A stretch of DNA of 33,489 nt from a virus (IMGVR_UViG_3300037313_000454:1-33489); one strand, 5' to 3'. Shown: positions 13,840 to 23,500, counted from the stretch's first letter. Translations and numbers: made by a program. The notes: generated by a model from the sequence alone, not told the origin.

Positions 13840-15247
13840 GCGCAAAGATGTGGTTCAGCTTGAAAAGACATCACCTGCTATCCAAGAACGAGATGCAGCA
13901 GCTTTTCAGCGGGTTCAAGAAATTAAGCTTGAGCTACCAGAACCACACCCTAGACAGTACGAGCTTATATTCGCGTTTGAATTAAACCCCGGCGTTCGTT
14001 TCGTCGCGGGAGCTTGCGGTACTAAATTCGGTAAGACATACGGTTGCACGATTCGCCTTGTCAAAGAGGCGTGGGAGAACGCCAACTCCTTAAATTGGTG
14101 GGTTGCACCTACGTATGACCAGAGCATCATTGCGATGTCGCTGGTTAAGCGCCTTTTACCTCCGGGCATGTTCCTAGAGTATAAGGCCGACCGAAAGATT
14201 ATCCTACTCAACCCGGATGGGTCTGAGCGAAGCCAGATACATTTTAAGTCAGGTGAAAATCCCGACAACCTACGCGGTTATGCTGTAGATTTTTTCGTCA
14301 TTGACGAAGCTGCTCGTATCCCCTACGACTCTTTTGTTTCGGTTATGACTACCGTTACTAAGACAATGGGACGCGGCATTGTCATCTCGACCCCAAAAGG
14401 TCGTGGATGGTTCTACACCGTATACCAGCGGGGTGAGAAGTTCACCCGAGATGGTCGGCAGAAGTACAAACCACATACACCCGGTTGTGGAAAGATAGAA
14501 ACCGGAAGTTGTAAGTGTGTTGATGCTGACCCGTGGCTTGAGTGGAAGGCAATCAAAATGCCTACCCACACCAACCCACACGTTCCTGCTGCGTCTATCG
14601 AAGACGCACGGCGTAACTTACCGGAAGACGTATTCAAGCAGGAATATCTAGCTGAGTTTCTAGATGATTCTGCCGGAGTATTCCGAGGAATCAAGGACTG
14701 TATCCGAGGCACGATTGAACCGCCCAACCCATTACTTCAGTATGTCATTGGGGTTGACTTGGCGCGTATCAATGACTTCACCGTATTAACGGTCATGGAT
14801 AGACAACGAAAGCATGTCTGTCACATTGAACGTTTCAATCAAATTGCGTGGGAAATACAGTACATACGCATCAAAGAACTTTCATTACGTTACAACAGAG
14901 CAGTTTGTGTCGTTGACTCGACAGGTATCGGTGACCCTATATGCGCCGACCTTATCGCTGGCGGCGTTCCCGTAGAACCGTACAAGATTGGCGGGAATAT
15001 AGCCAAGCGGCAACTCATTGAAAAGTTGAGAGTCAATATTGAACAGGGCAAGATATCTTTTCCAGACATTCCGGCCCTTCTCCGCGAGTTAGAGGTATAC
15101 GAATACAGTATCACTGACGGTGGTGTGATTCGGTATCAAGCTCCTGACGGCGAACACGATGACTGTGTTGTATCACTCGCTCTTGCCAACTGGGTCGCTG
15201 ACTGTGACCCGTTCATATATAAGTTCTATCACAAACGGGGTGTTTAA
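13784..15247 (+). CDS. terL: Terminase large subunit
   Basis: Walker A GTKFGKT, Walker B VIDEAA, ISTPKG, nuclease GVDLA and HDDCVVSLALA. Confidence 0.95.
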   Translation: MPRTKKSEKSETPKQTRTKRKDVVQLEKTSPAIQERDAAAFQRVQEIKLELPEPHPRQYELIFAFELNPGVRFVAGACGTKFGKTYGCTIRLVKEAWENANSLNWWVAPTYDQSIIAMSLVKRLLPPGMFLEYKADRKIILLNPDGSERSQIHFKSGENPDNLRGYAVDFFVIDEAARIPYDSFVSVMTTVTKTMGRGIVISTPKGRGWFYTVYQRGEKFTRDGRQKYKPHTPGCGKIETGSCKCVDADPWLEWKAIKMPTHTNPHVPAASIEDARRNLPEDVFKQEYLAEFLDDSAGVFRGIKDCIRGTIEPPNPLLQYVIGVDLARINDFTVLTVMDRQRKHVCHIERFNQIAWEIQYIRIKELSLRYNRAVCVVDSTGIGDPICADLIAGGVPVEPYKIGGNIAKRQLIEKLRVNIEQGKISFPDIPALLRELEVYEYSITDGGVIRYQAPDGEHDDCVVSLALANWVADCDPFIYKFYHKRGV

Positions 15248-15660
15248 TGATAGTTCGGATACACAGAACGCGAATGGCTTATTTTCGCCGCAAAGCGCGG
15301 CAGTGTTATCCGAACGAGATACTTGCATACCTAATCGGTAGACAAGTAAATCGTGGACTTATAGAAGTCCATTATTTATATCACCCAAAGCTAGAACACT
15401 CCTCCTCCATCGCTCTAAAAGAAGCTGACGGTGAAGGATACAAGGCAGAGCAGTTTGCTAAAGATAAAAGTTTGGTCGTGGTTGGTGATGTGCATACGCA
15501 CCCTGATTGGCCCCCGGTCATGTCAGAGACAGACCACCACGACCACAAACTTTGTCTTAATAAGATTTCAGCAATTTTATCCGTTCCCCATAAAGGGAGA
15601 ACACACTTAGTAATCTGGCGCGATGGTACACCATTGCCGTGCAAGATTGAATATTTTTAA
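15247..15660 (+). CDS. Stand-alone JAB/MPN (JAMM) zinc metalloprotease
   Basis: N-terminal Glu (NEILAYL) and an exact HxH-x7-S-x2-D motif (HTHPDWPPVMSETD). Confidence 0.9.
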   Translation: MIVRIHRTRMAYFRRKARQCYPNEILAYLIGRQVNRGLIEVHYLYHPKLEHSSSIALKEADGEGYKAEQFAKDKSLVVVGDVHTHPDWPPVMSETDHHDHKLCLNKISAILSVPHKGRTHLVIWRDGTPLPCKIEYF

Positions 15661-15670
15661 GGAATCATAA

Positions 15671-16279
15671 ATGAAGAATTTACTTTCAATCCTAGATTCT
15701 ATCTTCGGTAAAAAGGGCATGAACCACAAGGTTCGCCCGGATGCCGCGTTCGGTGCTTCTGTTAAGGCACAGACTGCGTTTAATCCCGGTGACATCCAAG
15801 TTCGCAGCCATTACAAGGTAGAGTGCTTCGATAAAGACGGCAACCTGAAGTGGGTTGAGAATGTCTCTAATATCGTCACTACTGCTGGTAAGAACGATAT
15901 TCTTACTCAGTATTTTAAAGGCTCGTCTTACACGGCTACGTGGTTTGTCGGCCTTGTAGACAACGCCTCGTTCTCGGCTTATGCCGCTGGCGATACGATG
16001 TCGTCTCACTCCGGCTGGCTTGAGTCTACTGCTTATTCGAACGCTAACCGTCCGACGCTTACGCTCGGTACGCCTTCTGGCGGTTCGGTAGACAACTCGG
16101 CTTCGGTTGCAGCCTTTACGATTAACGCCACGGCGACGATTCGCGGTGCGTTCATTAATACCAACAACACCAAGGGTGGTACGACTGGTACGTTGTACGG
16201 TGAAGCAGATTTCTCAGCGTCACGCTCGGTTGTGAGCGGCGACACGCTGAACGTTACGGTTACTCTAACCGCAAGCTAA
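15671..16279 (+). CDS. Virion structural protein (tail-fibre/collar-associated type)
   Basis: YKVECFDKDG...NIVTTAG...WFVGL...FTINATATIRGAF...SGDTLNVT pattern typical of phage structural proteins. Confidence 0.7.
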   Translation: MKNLLSILDSIFGKKGMNHKVRPDAAFGASVKAQTAFNPGDIQVRSHYKVECFDKDGNLKWVENVSNIVTTAGKNDILTQYFKGSSYTATWFVGLVDNASFSAYAAGDTMSSHSGWLESTAYSNANRPTLTLGTPSGGSVDNSASVAAFTINATATIRGAFINTNNTKGGTTGTLYGEADFSASRSVVSGDTLNVTVTLTAS

Positions 16280-16295
16280 TTCTAAGGATTAACTA

Positions 16296-17201
16296 ATGGC
16301 TACTACCGGAATTAAACACCGGAAAACGAGTGGCAAAAGTGACGGGGCTGATTCCACATTGGTTCAGCCCTCTAACTGGGATGACACTCATATTACCGAT
16401 GCAGCGGCGTTACTACTAGATACTGACCCGTCTTATTCTGGTGCTAGAACATTTACGCCGCGCGATAACCTGCGTGGTACTGACGGCGGTGCTGGTAGTA
16501 CATACTCGCTCGATGTAATCCCTGACGCAAAAGTAATCGACATATCGGACGACTTCCTTCCAACACTTGCAAATAACAGCATTATTGGACAGTTGGGATG
16601 GGCAGTTCGGAACGACTTTAACGCTGGTTTCTCTGTAGCAAACCAAGCTGCTATTCAGAACCATCCCGGTATAATTCGTCTCACCGCATCCGGTGCAGCA
16701 GTTTCCGGCGACGGGTTTCAGCTTGACCTTGGTGGTCAGTCGTTCGGCGGTACACAATCTATATACGGTTTGGCAAATTTAGCTGGCTGGGAATGTGTAT
16801 GGATTGTTCGTCTAAATCAGACTACTAACTTCCGCATCAGATTTGGCTTCTACAGTGCCACTGGTGGTGGTAGTCCTCCTGAGTTTATTGGCATTCGCTA
16901 TGATACTTCCCTTTCGGATACTGGGTGGAAGGGCGAGGCCAGAACAAGTAGTGTTTCGACAGCAACCTCAGCTTTAGCTACTGTAGATACTAACTTTCAT
17001 ACGTTCAAGATTCGGTCTACTAGTGCTGGAACTATTTTGTTCTCAATTGACGGCGGAAGCGAGTTAAGCCTAAACAGTGGTTTGCCAAGCTCGTCCCAAG
17101 TATTTGTGCCGGGATTAGTTGCGGCTGCTACAGCTTCAAATCCATCATTCAACGCAGATGTTGATTACTGGTCTTTCTACCAGAGGAGCATTTCACGGTA
17201 A
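16296..17201 (+). CDS. Putative receptor-binding or fibre protein with a C-terminal lectin-like fold
   Basis: IKH-K-S...DG-D...VQPSNW...H N-terminal anchor motif; beta-rich C-terminus (FHTFKI, FSIDGG, DVDYWSF). Confidence 0.6.
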   Translation: MATTGIKHRKTSGKSDGADSTLVQPSNWDDTHITDAAALLLDTDPSYSGARTFTPRDNLRGTDGGAGSTYSLDVIPDAKVIDISDDFLPTLANNSIIGQLGWAVRNDFNAGFSVANQAAIQNHPGIIRLTASGAAVSGDGFQLDLGGQSFGGTQSIYGLANLAGWECVWIVRLNQTTNFRIRFGFYSATGGGSPPEFIGIRYDTSLSDTGWKGEARTSSVSTATSALATVDTNFHTFKIRSTSAGTILFSIDGGSELSLNSGLPSSSQVFVPGLVAAATASNPSFNADVDYWSFYQRSISR

Positions 17202-17449
17202 TGGCTAACTTTACGGTTCGTATTCAAAGTGTTTCCGTCAATGGCGTCGGAGATATCGTTGTCTCTTACTCTGCTGATGCGGGGCCGCTAGGCTCTGCGT
17301 CTTCTAGCTGTCACGTAGCCTTTGGTTCATCTGCCGCAGGTATCAACGCGGCGGTTGTAAGTGATGCCAAAACAAAAATGGCACAACTGAATCCGGGTTG
17401 GGTTAACAACGCGAACGACACAATTCAAGTATTCGGTGGAGCAAGCTAA
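17201..17449 (+). CDS. Small structural protein (82 aa)
   Basis: TAATG-coupled, beta-rich, within the structural operon. Confidence 0.7.
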   Translation: MANFTVRIQSVSVNGVGDIVVSYSADAGPLGSASSSCHVAFGSSAAGINAAVVSDAKTKMAQLNPGWVNNANDTIQVFGGAS

Positions 17450-17467
17450 AATTTCCTAGAGGGTTAG

Positions 17468-19381
17468 ATGGCAACAAAATTCTACTTACGCGATACGGTA
17501 TCTAGCGTTAATCCCGGCTCCGATGATGAGCGCGTACTAGATAGAGCAGCCGGGGCTGGTGTTGTTGCTTACGTAAAGAATACCCTCACTGGTGCGGTCA
17601 CTCCACCCACCACTGCAACACAGTTCACTAAAATTGCTGGTGGTACTAACATCATCTGGATTAGTGAGCCTGTAAATGCTGTAACTATTTCAGGTACGGT
17701 CACGTTCAACTTGTGGGCATTTGAATCCGCTGCACAAGCGAACGCGACCGTTACCGCTGAATTACTACGGTGTAGTTCGACAGGTGCGGTTCTTTCAGTT
17801 ATTGCGGCATGTGTATTAAACCGTACTGAAATTGGTACGTCTGCTGCTGTACAGAACTTCACACAGACTCCTACGTCTACCGCACTTTCGACAGGCGATA
17901 GACTCGGAGTGCGCGTCTATATTGACGACGGTAACGCTGTAACTATGGCTTCTGGCCGTACCGTTACCTTAGATATAGAAGGCGGCACTACTGGCTCTGA
18001 CGGAGATTCCTACGTACAGGTAACTGAAACTGTTACTAATGTGTACGCGTTATCAAACTCGCATACGGTTACTACAGGGTATTCTCTGACCCCGGCTAAG
18101 TTAACGTCTGCGTCTATTTCATTAGGCGCTACACTTGCGGCATTGTTTGCAGGCGTTATACCGTCTCCCGCTTTTAACTCGCTTGCCTTTGAACCTACAG
18201 CGTTCTTCGGTGTAGCAGATGGTGGGGGTGGTACAACCTACACCGGAGATGTAACCTTCTCGATTACAGGCGGCTTCTCTGATGTAGTGTCACTTACACG
18301 CCAAGGAGATTTCGCCGCCAGTGTAACTACAGGATTCAGTGATGCACAAAGCCTAATTACGACCGGGTCAATTACCCTGTCTGTCACGGCTGGATTCTCA
18401 CTACTAACACAATTGTTAGCTGTCGCTGCCTTTACCCAAGGCACTACGGTTACCTTTAGTTCCGTTGGTGGAAGTCTATACGCAGCCTCAGTAACTTTCT
18501 CTGAGACGAGCGGATTTTCAACTTCCCACACACTGGGCGTTAACGTGTCTATTCCGCTAACGATTACGGTAACTATATCTGAATCGGCCTTGATGACGGC
18601 TGTTGCTGCTGCGACTGCTGCGGTCACGGTCGGTTATCTGGTTACGGGTGTTAAGACCACAAGCGGGTCAATCACTCTTGCTGAAACTGGCGGCTTTAGC
18701 GCAGCGGTTACAAAAACCGTTGCCGAGCTTATCAGCCTTGCAGTGACGCCGTCTATCGCTGAGACTCCCACGCTTCAAGCAGTTGGTAGCATTACGTTGG
18801 CTGAGAGTACGGCGTTCCAAGTATTCCAAGGCAACTTGGTTACGGGAGCTATCTCGCTAGCGGCGACTATGGGTGTCAGTACATCCACACAGCTTCTAGC
18901 TTCCGCTCTACTTAGCATCGGACTAACGGCTGGGTACAGCTTAAGCACACGGCTTTCTGCCGCTGCTCAAGCAAACGTTACAGCCACGCTGGGATTGACT
19001 CCAACTTCGACTGGTATCCTTAAGGCGTCTACCACAATCGCGGTAACGCCGGATATACAGACAGTTGGAAAATTGGTTCAGAACGCCTTGATTTCTCTGG
19101 GTGTATCTACCAGTTTATCTGCCGCTGTAACCCTGATAATCACGCAGGCAATGTCCTTGGGCGCAACCCTTGGTATTGCTGATAGCAGCTTGGTATTTGC
19201 TTTTCAAGAAGCTGCATACTCTGCGGATTCCGCTGAGGCAGTTCGTACACTGGTCGCACAGACTGTGGAAGCCATCGAGAAATTGGTGGCAAACAGCACT
19301 GATAACGAACTTACACTTGGTGATTTGTCTACCGAAGTGATTGAGAAACTATTGGCAGCTTCAACCGAGGTAAATCCTTAA
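17468..19381 (+). CDS. Ser/Thr/Ala-rich fibre-like protein with 20-aa repeats
   Basis: 637 aa; globular N-terminal ~190 aa then 16 consecutive 20-aa repeats. Confidence 0.8.
   Translation: MATKFYLRDTVSSVNPGSDDERVLDRAAGAGVVAYVKNTLTGAVTPPTTATQFTKIAGGTNIIWISEPVNAVTISGTVTFNLWAFESAAQANATVTAELLRCSSTGAVLSVIAACVLNRTEIGTSAAVQNFTQTPTSTALSTGDRLGVRVYIDDGNAVTMASGRTVTLDIEGGTTGSDGDSYVQVTETVTNVYALSNSHTVTTGYSLTPAKLTSASISLGATLAALFAGVIPSPAFNSLAFEPTAFFGVADGGGGTTYTGDVTFSITGGFSDVVSLTRQGDFAASVTTGFSDAQSLITTGSITLSVTAGFSLLTQLLAVAAFTQGTTVTFSSVGGSLYAASVTFSETSGFSTSHTLGVNVSIPLTITVTISESALMTAVAAATAAVTVGYLVTGVKTTSGSITLAETGGFSAAVTKTVAELISLAVTPSIAETPTLQAVGSITLAESTAFQVFQGNLVTGAISLAATMGVSTSTQLLASALLSIGLTAGYSLSTRLSAAAQANVTATLGLTPTSTGILKASTTIAVTPDIQTVGKLVQNALISLGVSTSLSAAVTLIITQAMSLGATLGIADSSLVFAFQEAAYSADSAEAVRTLVAQTVEAIEKLVANSTDNELTLGDLSTEVIEKLLAASTEVNP
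18245..19204 (+). repeat. 16 x 60-nt degenerate coding repeat
   Basis: Exact 20-aa period, consensus roughly GSITLAxTxGFSxxxxLxxx (e.g. GSITLSVTAGFS, GSITLAETGGFS, GSITLAESTAFQ). Confidence 0.85.
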
Positions 19382-19722
19382 TGTCTAGCGTTAGAAAACG
19401 AATTGTTTATAAGAAGAATAGTCAGTATATAGAAATCGCTGGCCTTACGGATAAGAGTGTAACTCCAAACGTGTTGGTTAACGACGCGACTGGCACGGCT
19501 ACCCTGTACGATGGTACAGGCAACCCTGTGACTGGGGCTACTGGACTAGTTTCTGCTTTTGTTGGAAGCGGTACATACCGTTTCGACTTTAATCCCGCTA
19601 CCTTCGACCCTGCGGTCGCCACGGACTATAAGTTCAAGGCTACCCTTACTTCTGGCAGCAAGATGTTCTACATCGAACTGCCTGTATCAGTACAGGTTCG
19701 TAAAGAAGGTACTGAGGCTTAA
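19381..19722 (+). CDS. Small beta-rich structural protein (Ig-like)
   Basis: TAATG-coupled on both sides; alternating beta pattern. Confidence 0.65.
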   Translation: MSSVRKRIVYKKNSQYIEIAGLTDKSVTPNVLVNDATGTATLYDGTGNPVTGATGLVSAFVGSGTYRFDFNPATFDPAVATDYKFKATLTSGSKMFYIELPVSVQVRKEGTEA

Positions 19723-20711
19723 TGGATTTAAGCATCATCATCGCGCACAGGGACGTGAACGAATTTCCCTGTATAGATTGCAAGACGGGCAAGGCAGTCA
19801 ATGCTTCGGCTGCCGCCCCTCTTGGTCTATGGGTCACAATTCACTCGATTATGGAAGACCTTGAAAACTCAGGACTTTCATATGAATTCTGCATACTCAC
19901 GAATGGTTCTGAAAAGCCACACAGTGATACGCAGAACGTGCTTCATTGGTTAGACCTTACGAAGCACCTTACTTGGGTAGAACACTCTGTGGAGCCTGTA
20001 TCACCGCCCCACGCCCGTCAGCGTTGTACCGAACACGCGACAGGTAAGTATTTGTTCTTCTTTGATAACCATGTGATGGTGAAGCCCGGATACTTTAAAC
20101 GTGCCTTAGAAAGCATGGAGAAGTACCGGATGGATATGCTCCATTCCACTACACGGTTCTTCTTCGGGGAAAAGGATTGTTACCACTACAAACTCAAACT
20201 CAACCAGAACTTCTGGGCTGAGTCTGACTTCGACGCCAAGAGTGAGGAGCCTTATCGCTGCGCTATGGGCGGTCACGGCGGATTTATTGTACGCCGGGAT
20301 GTTTGGGAAGAAGTCGGTGGATACGGATGGGAGAACTTCAAGGGATACGGCGGTGAAGAGTCGTACTTCGACTTGAAGATGTGGCTTCTCGGAAAAGAGA
20401 ACTGGATTGACCCCAAGCTACTGCACTATCACTTTGCAGGTAGCCGAGGGTATAAGCGGCACTACACAGATGAGTTTTTCATCAACATGATGGGTGTCGC
20501 TAACATCATCGGTGGTCAGGACTGGATGTATAAAGTCCAAGACAGCTTTACCCAAAACTACATGAAGATGAAGACGGGTAAGTCGATATTCGACTTGATG
20601 ATTGAAGCAGAAGCTTTGAGCAGCGAACACGCGGCTTGGCTTGCCTCACGAAGAAAACTAACATTAGACGAACTGTTGGATAAGTTTAAAGCCGACGGTA
20701 TCGCTCATTAA
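19722..20711 (+). CDS. GT-A fold glycosyltransferase 1 (GT2/GT27-like)
   Basis: LSIIIAHRD, ATGKYLFFFDNH (DxH), VWEEVGGY, YGGEE. Confidence 0.9.
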   Translation: MDLSIIIAHRDVNEFPCIDCKTGKAVNASAAAPLGLWVTIHSIMEDLENSGLSYEFCILTNGSEKPHSDTQNVLHWLDLTKHLTWVEHSVEPVSPPHARQRCTEHATGKYLFFFDNHVMVKPGYFKRALESMEKYRMDMLHSTTRFFFGEKDCYHYKLKLNQNFWAESDFDAKSEEPYRCAMGGHGGFIVRRDVWEEVGGYGWENFKGYGGEESYFDLKMWLLGKENWIDPKLLHYHFAGSRGYKRHYTDEFFINMMGVANIIGGQDWMYKVQDSFTQNYMKMKTGKSIFDLMIEAEALSSEHAAWLASRRKLTLDELLDKFKADGIAH

Positions 20712-20721
20712 GGCACAAGGG

Positions 20722-22329
20722 ATGGCACTTAGTACACAACTTGAATTCCCTAATCCGTCATATGCGGACGCAGGTACACACACGCTGACGGAAGCTGAAA
20801 AAGCTGAGATTAGGCGGCTGAGAAGTACATGCTCCTTGTATGACCTTTACAGACCTGACTGGGAGTTTAACCTATCGGCATACGAAGGTGGTTCTCAGTT
20901 TATCAATCAGGACAATATATTTAAACATGCCCGTGAACATGACGAGGATTATAAAGACCGTCTGAAACGCGCTCACTATATGAATTACTGTGAGCCGTTG
21001 GTGGAGTTCTTCTCGGACTTCATCTTCGCGGAAACGATTGATAGACACGGCGGCAACAATGCCGATTTCTATACCGAGTTTATCAGCGACGTTAACCGTA
21101 AGGGTGAGTCGATTACCGAGTTCATGAAAGAAGTTTGCTCGGACGACCAGATTTACGGTTTGGTGTATGTGCTAGTGGATTCTCCGGCAGTACCAGAAGG
21201 CCAGAGACTCACTCGCGCACAAGAAAAAGCATTAAAGATTAGACCCTACTGGATTCTGGTCAAGCCGCAGGATGTGCTTGATTGGGTGGTGGACGAGTTC
21301 GACCACTTTACGTACTGGAAGCGATTCCAGCTTATTGAGGATATGTCTACAGGTTCAAGACGCACTCTAGAGAAGTATACAGAGTGGACGCCTCTGGCTA
21401 TTAAGATTAGCCTCATCGACGTAAGCAACCCACAGAAGCCTAGGCTGCTACCCGCGACCATCATCGGTAACAAAATTGGTGAAGTCCCGGTTGTACCGAT
21501 TCGGTATAAACGCAGCAAGCGTTACAAGGAGATGGGCGAGGCTTTCCTGAAAGACCTAGCCATGCAGAATCGTGAGGTTATGAACCTGACGAGTCTTCTG
21601 CAAGAGTTCTTGTACCGCCAGTGCTTCAATATCCTAGCCGTTCAGGTAGATACACAGCTACCGACACAGGAACAGTCCGAGGGTGAAATCGGTACTGCCA
21701 ACATGCTGCACTACCCCAAAGGGGCAGAAGCGCCTGCATATATCTCACCGTCTAGCGACCCCGCTGACAAGATACATGAGGAACGGCAGACCATCGTAAA
21801 CGAGATGTACAAACGCGCTGCACAGGACACAGTCAACGAACTGTTCAATGGTGTGAAGCGTAGCGGATTCTCTCAGGCCCAGTCGTTCAGTACCACGGTG
21901 CCGCGTATCGCGTCCCGCGCTGAGACACTGGAAAAGGCTGAGAACCGCCTGATGGACTTGACCATGAAGTACATGGGCAAGACTTGGGATGGCCGCGTCA
22001 AGTACAAAGACCGTTACGAGTTAACAAATATTACTGACGCTTTATCGCAGCTTACTCAACTGTTCACGCAGTTGCAGATGCCTTCCGAAACGTTCGTCAA
22101 GACCGAGCTTAAACGCATGGTCAAAGAGTTCGACGGTAAGATTCCGGCTGACATCCTCTTGAAGATTGAGGCCGAGATTGACGCGATGAAGTTCAGCGAG
22201 TGGCAAGAGACTATGAAGACCGCTTTGATTGGTGCACCTAAGACCAATGATGGCGCGAATGGTTCTGCCACCCGCAAACCCACTACAACCGCTGAGGCTA
22301 AGTCCGAGGCGACAAAAGGAAAGGGATAA
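20722..22329 (+). CDS. Portal protein
   Basis: 535 aa, helical, AYEGG...DYKDRLKRA...NY start typical of portals; precedes scaffold and capsid genes. Confidence 0.85.
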   Translation: MALSTQLEFPNPSYADAGTHTLTEAEKAEIRRLRSTCSLYDLYRPDWEFNLSAYEGGSQFINQDNIFKHAREHDEDYKDRLKRAHYMNYCEPLVEFFSDFIFAETIDRHGGNNADFYTEFISDVNRKGESITEFMKEVCSDDQIYGLVYVLVDSPAVPEGQRLTRAQEKALKIRPYWILVKPQDVLDWVVDEFDHFTYWKRFQLIEDMSTGSRRTLEKYTEWTPLAIKISLIDVSNPQKPRLLPATIIGNKIGEVPVVPIRYKRSKRYKEMGEAFLKDLAMQNREVMNLTSLLQEFLYRQCFNILAVQVDTQLPTQEQSEGEIGTANMLHYPKGAEAPAYISPSSDPADKIHEERQTIVNEMYKRAAQDTVNELFNGVKRSGFSQAQSFSTTVPRIASRAETLEKAENRLMDLTMKYMGKTWDGRVKYKDRYELTNITDALSQLTQLFTQLQMPSETFVKTELKRMVKEFDGKIPADILLKIEAEIDAMKFSEWQETMKTALIGAPKTNDGANGSATRKPTTTAEAKSEATKGKG

Positions 22330-22335
22330 AGGCAA

Positions 22336-22527
22336 ATGGCTCGTATTGACCAACCCGCAATGGGTGCCCGTGGTATCGTGGCGAAGGAAACTCCTTCGGC
22401 GCGTATGACTGACGCATCTTCGGTTGCACCGAATGCTCATTCCCCGAATGTGACTCCTCTTCCGTGCAAGGCTTCCTTGCCGGGAATTGATAACGGTACT
22501 CGGGAAAACCACAACAACATTCACTAA
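22336..22527 (+). CDS. Small hypothetical protein (63 aa)
   Basis: AAGG RBS; low-complexity Pro/Ala/Asn sequence. Confidence 0.6.
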   Translation: MARIDQPAMGARGIVAKETPSARMTDASSVAPNAHSPNVTPLPCKASLPGIDNGTRENHNNIH

Positions 22528-22561
22528 GTTTGCCTGTCTCCCATCCGACTAGAGACAAGGC

Positions 22562-22612
22562 GCGGAATGGCTTCTGGCTGAAAACCAGTATAAGCAAGTA
22601 AATCCATTCCGT
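22562..22612 (+). other. Stem-loop capped by a tRNA-Phe-like anticodon loop
   Basis: 9-bp GCGGAATGG/CCATTCCGT stem enclosing CTGG-CTGAAAA-CCAG. Confidence 0.4.
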
Positions 22613-22697
22613 TCTACTTTATACGACTTTAACAATTAACTGCCTGACAATCACTCAAGTTGTCTAAGGCTTACTTATATTGAGGAAAAGGAAAAGA

Positions 22698-23438
22698 ATG
22701 GCTACGGACACGGACATCCAAAAACCGGATACGCTTGAAAACGGTGACGGTAAAAAGGTTGAACTAACCCCTGAGCAACAGGAGCATGTCAACCGAGTAT
22801 TTGATACGCGCTTTGCAAAGATTCAGAAAAAGCACGAAGAGGCGATGCAGAAGATGCAGGCCGAACTCGAAGCTCTGAAAACGAATAAGACTGAAGAGAA
22901 GCCTGATGGCAAGCCTCACAAAGATGACGAGGAATCGCCTGAGAAGAAGGAGTACAAGAAGCTCCTAGAGGCTGAGAAGAACAGGGCCAAGCTTGCAGAG
23001 GCAGAGCGTCAGAAAGCTATTGACGAAGCCAAGTCTGCACGGGCTGAGTCCATGCGCGTGAAGAAAGAAAATGCTATCGCCAAATCCGCGAGTAAGCAGA
23101 ATTTTTATGAACTTGAGACTGTCTCCAAGCTGGTGTGGGACAACATCGAGTTCGACGAGGACTTGAACACCTTTGTAGTGAAGGATGGCGGACACATCCG
23201 CCAGAATAGCTCACTGGTGCCTATGACTCTGGAAGAGTACTTCTCGGAGTTTGCTGCACAGCGCCCGTACCTAGTTAACGGCGACGTTAAGTCTGGTGCT
23301 GGCTCTGATGACGCCAATAAGGGCGGCAGTATGGGACTCGTCAAATCGAAGGCTGACTTGAAGACTGCCAAGGATAAGTCGGACTTCATCACTAAGTTTG
23401 GTCTTCAGAAGTTTGAAGACCTGCCAGCGAAGCTGTAA
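22698..23438 (+). CDS. Capsid scaffolding protein
   Basis: Charged coiled coil, LTPEQQEHVNRVFDTRF motif, immediately upstream of the major capsid gene. Confidence 0.85.
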   Translation: MATDTDIQKPDTLENGDGKKVELTPEQQEHVNRVFDTRFAKIQKKHEEAMQKMQAELEALKTNKTEEKPDGKPHKDDEESPEKKEYKKLLEAEKNRAKLAEAERQKAIDEAKSARAESMRVKKENAIAKSASKQNFYELETVSKLVWDNIEFDEDLNTFVVKDGGHIRQNSSLVPMTLEEYFSEFAAQRPYLVNGDVKSGAGSDDANKGGSMGLVKSKADLKTAKDKSDFITKFGLQKFEDLPAKL

Positions 23439-23470
23439 GACGTTTCATAACCGCAATTAAATCTTTATAC

Positions 23471-23500
23471 GGGGGTGCTTACCACACCCCCAATTTTTTT
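23471..23500 (+). terminator. Terminator-like hairpin directly before the capsid RBS
   Basis: GGGGGTG/CACCCCC then AA and T7, then GGAG RBS. Confidence 0.6.
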
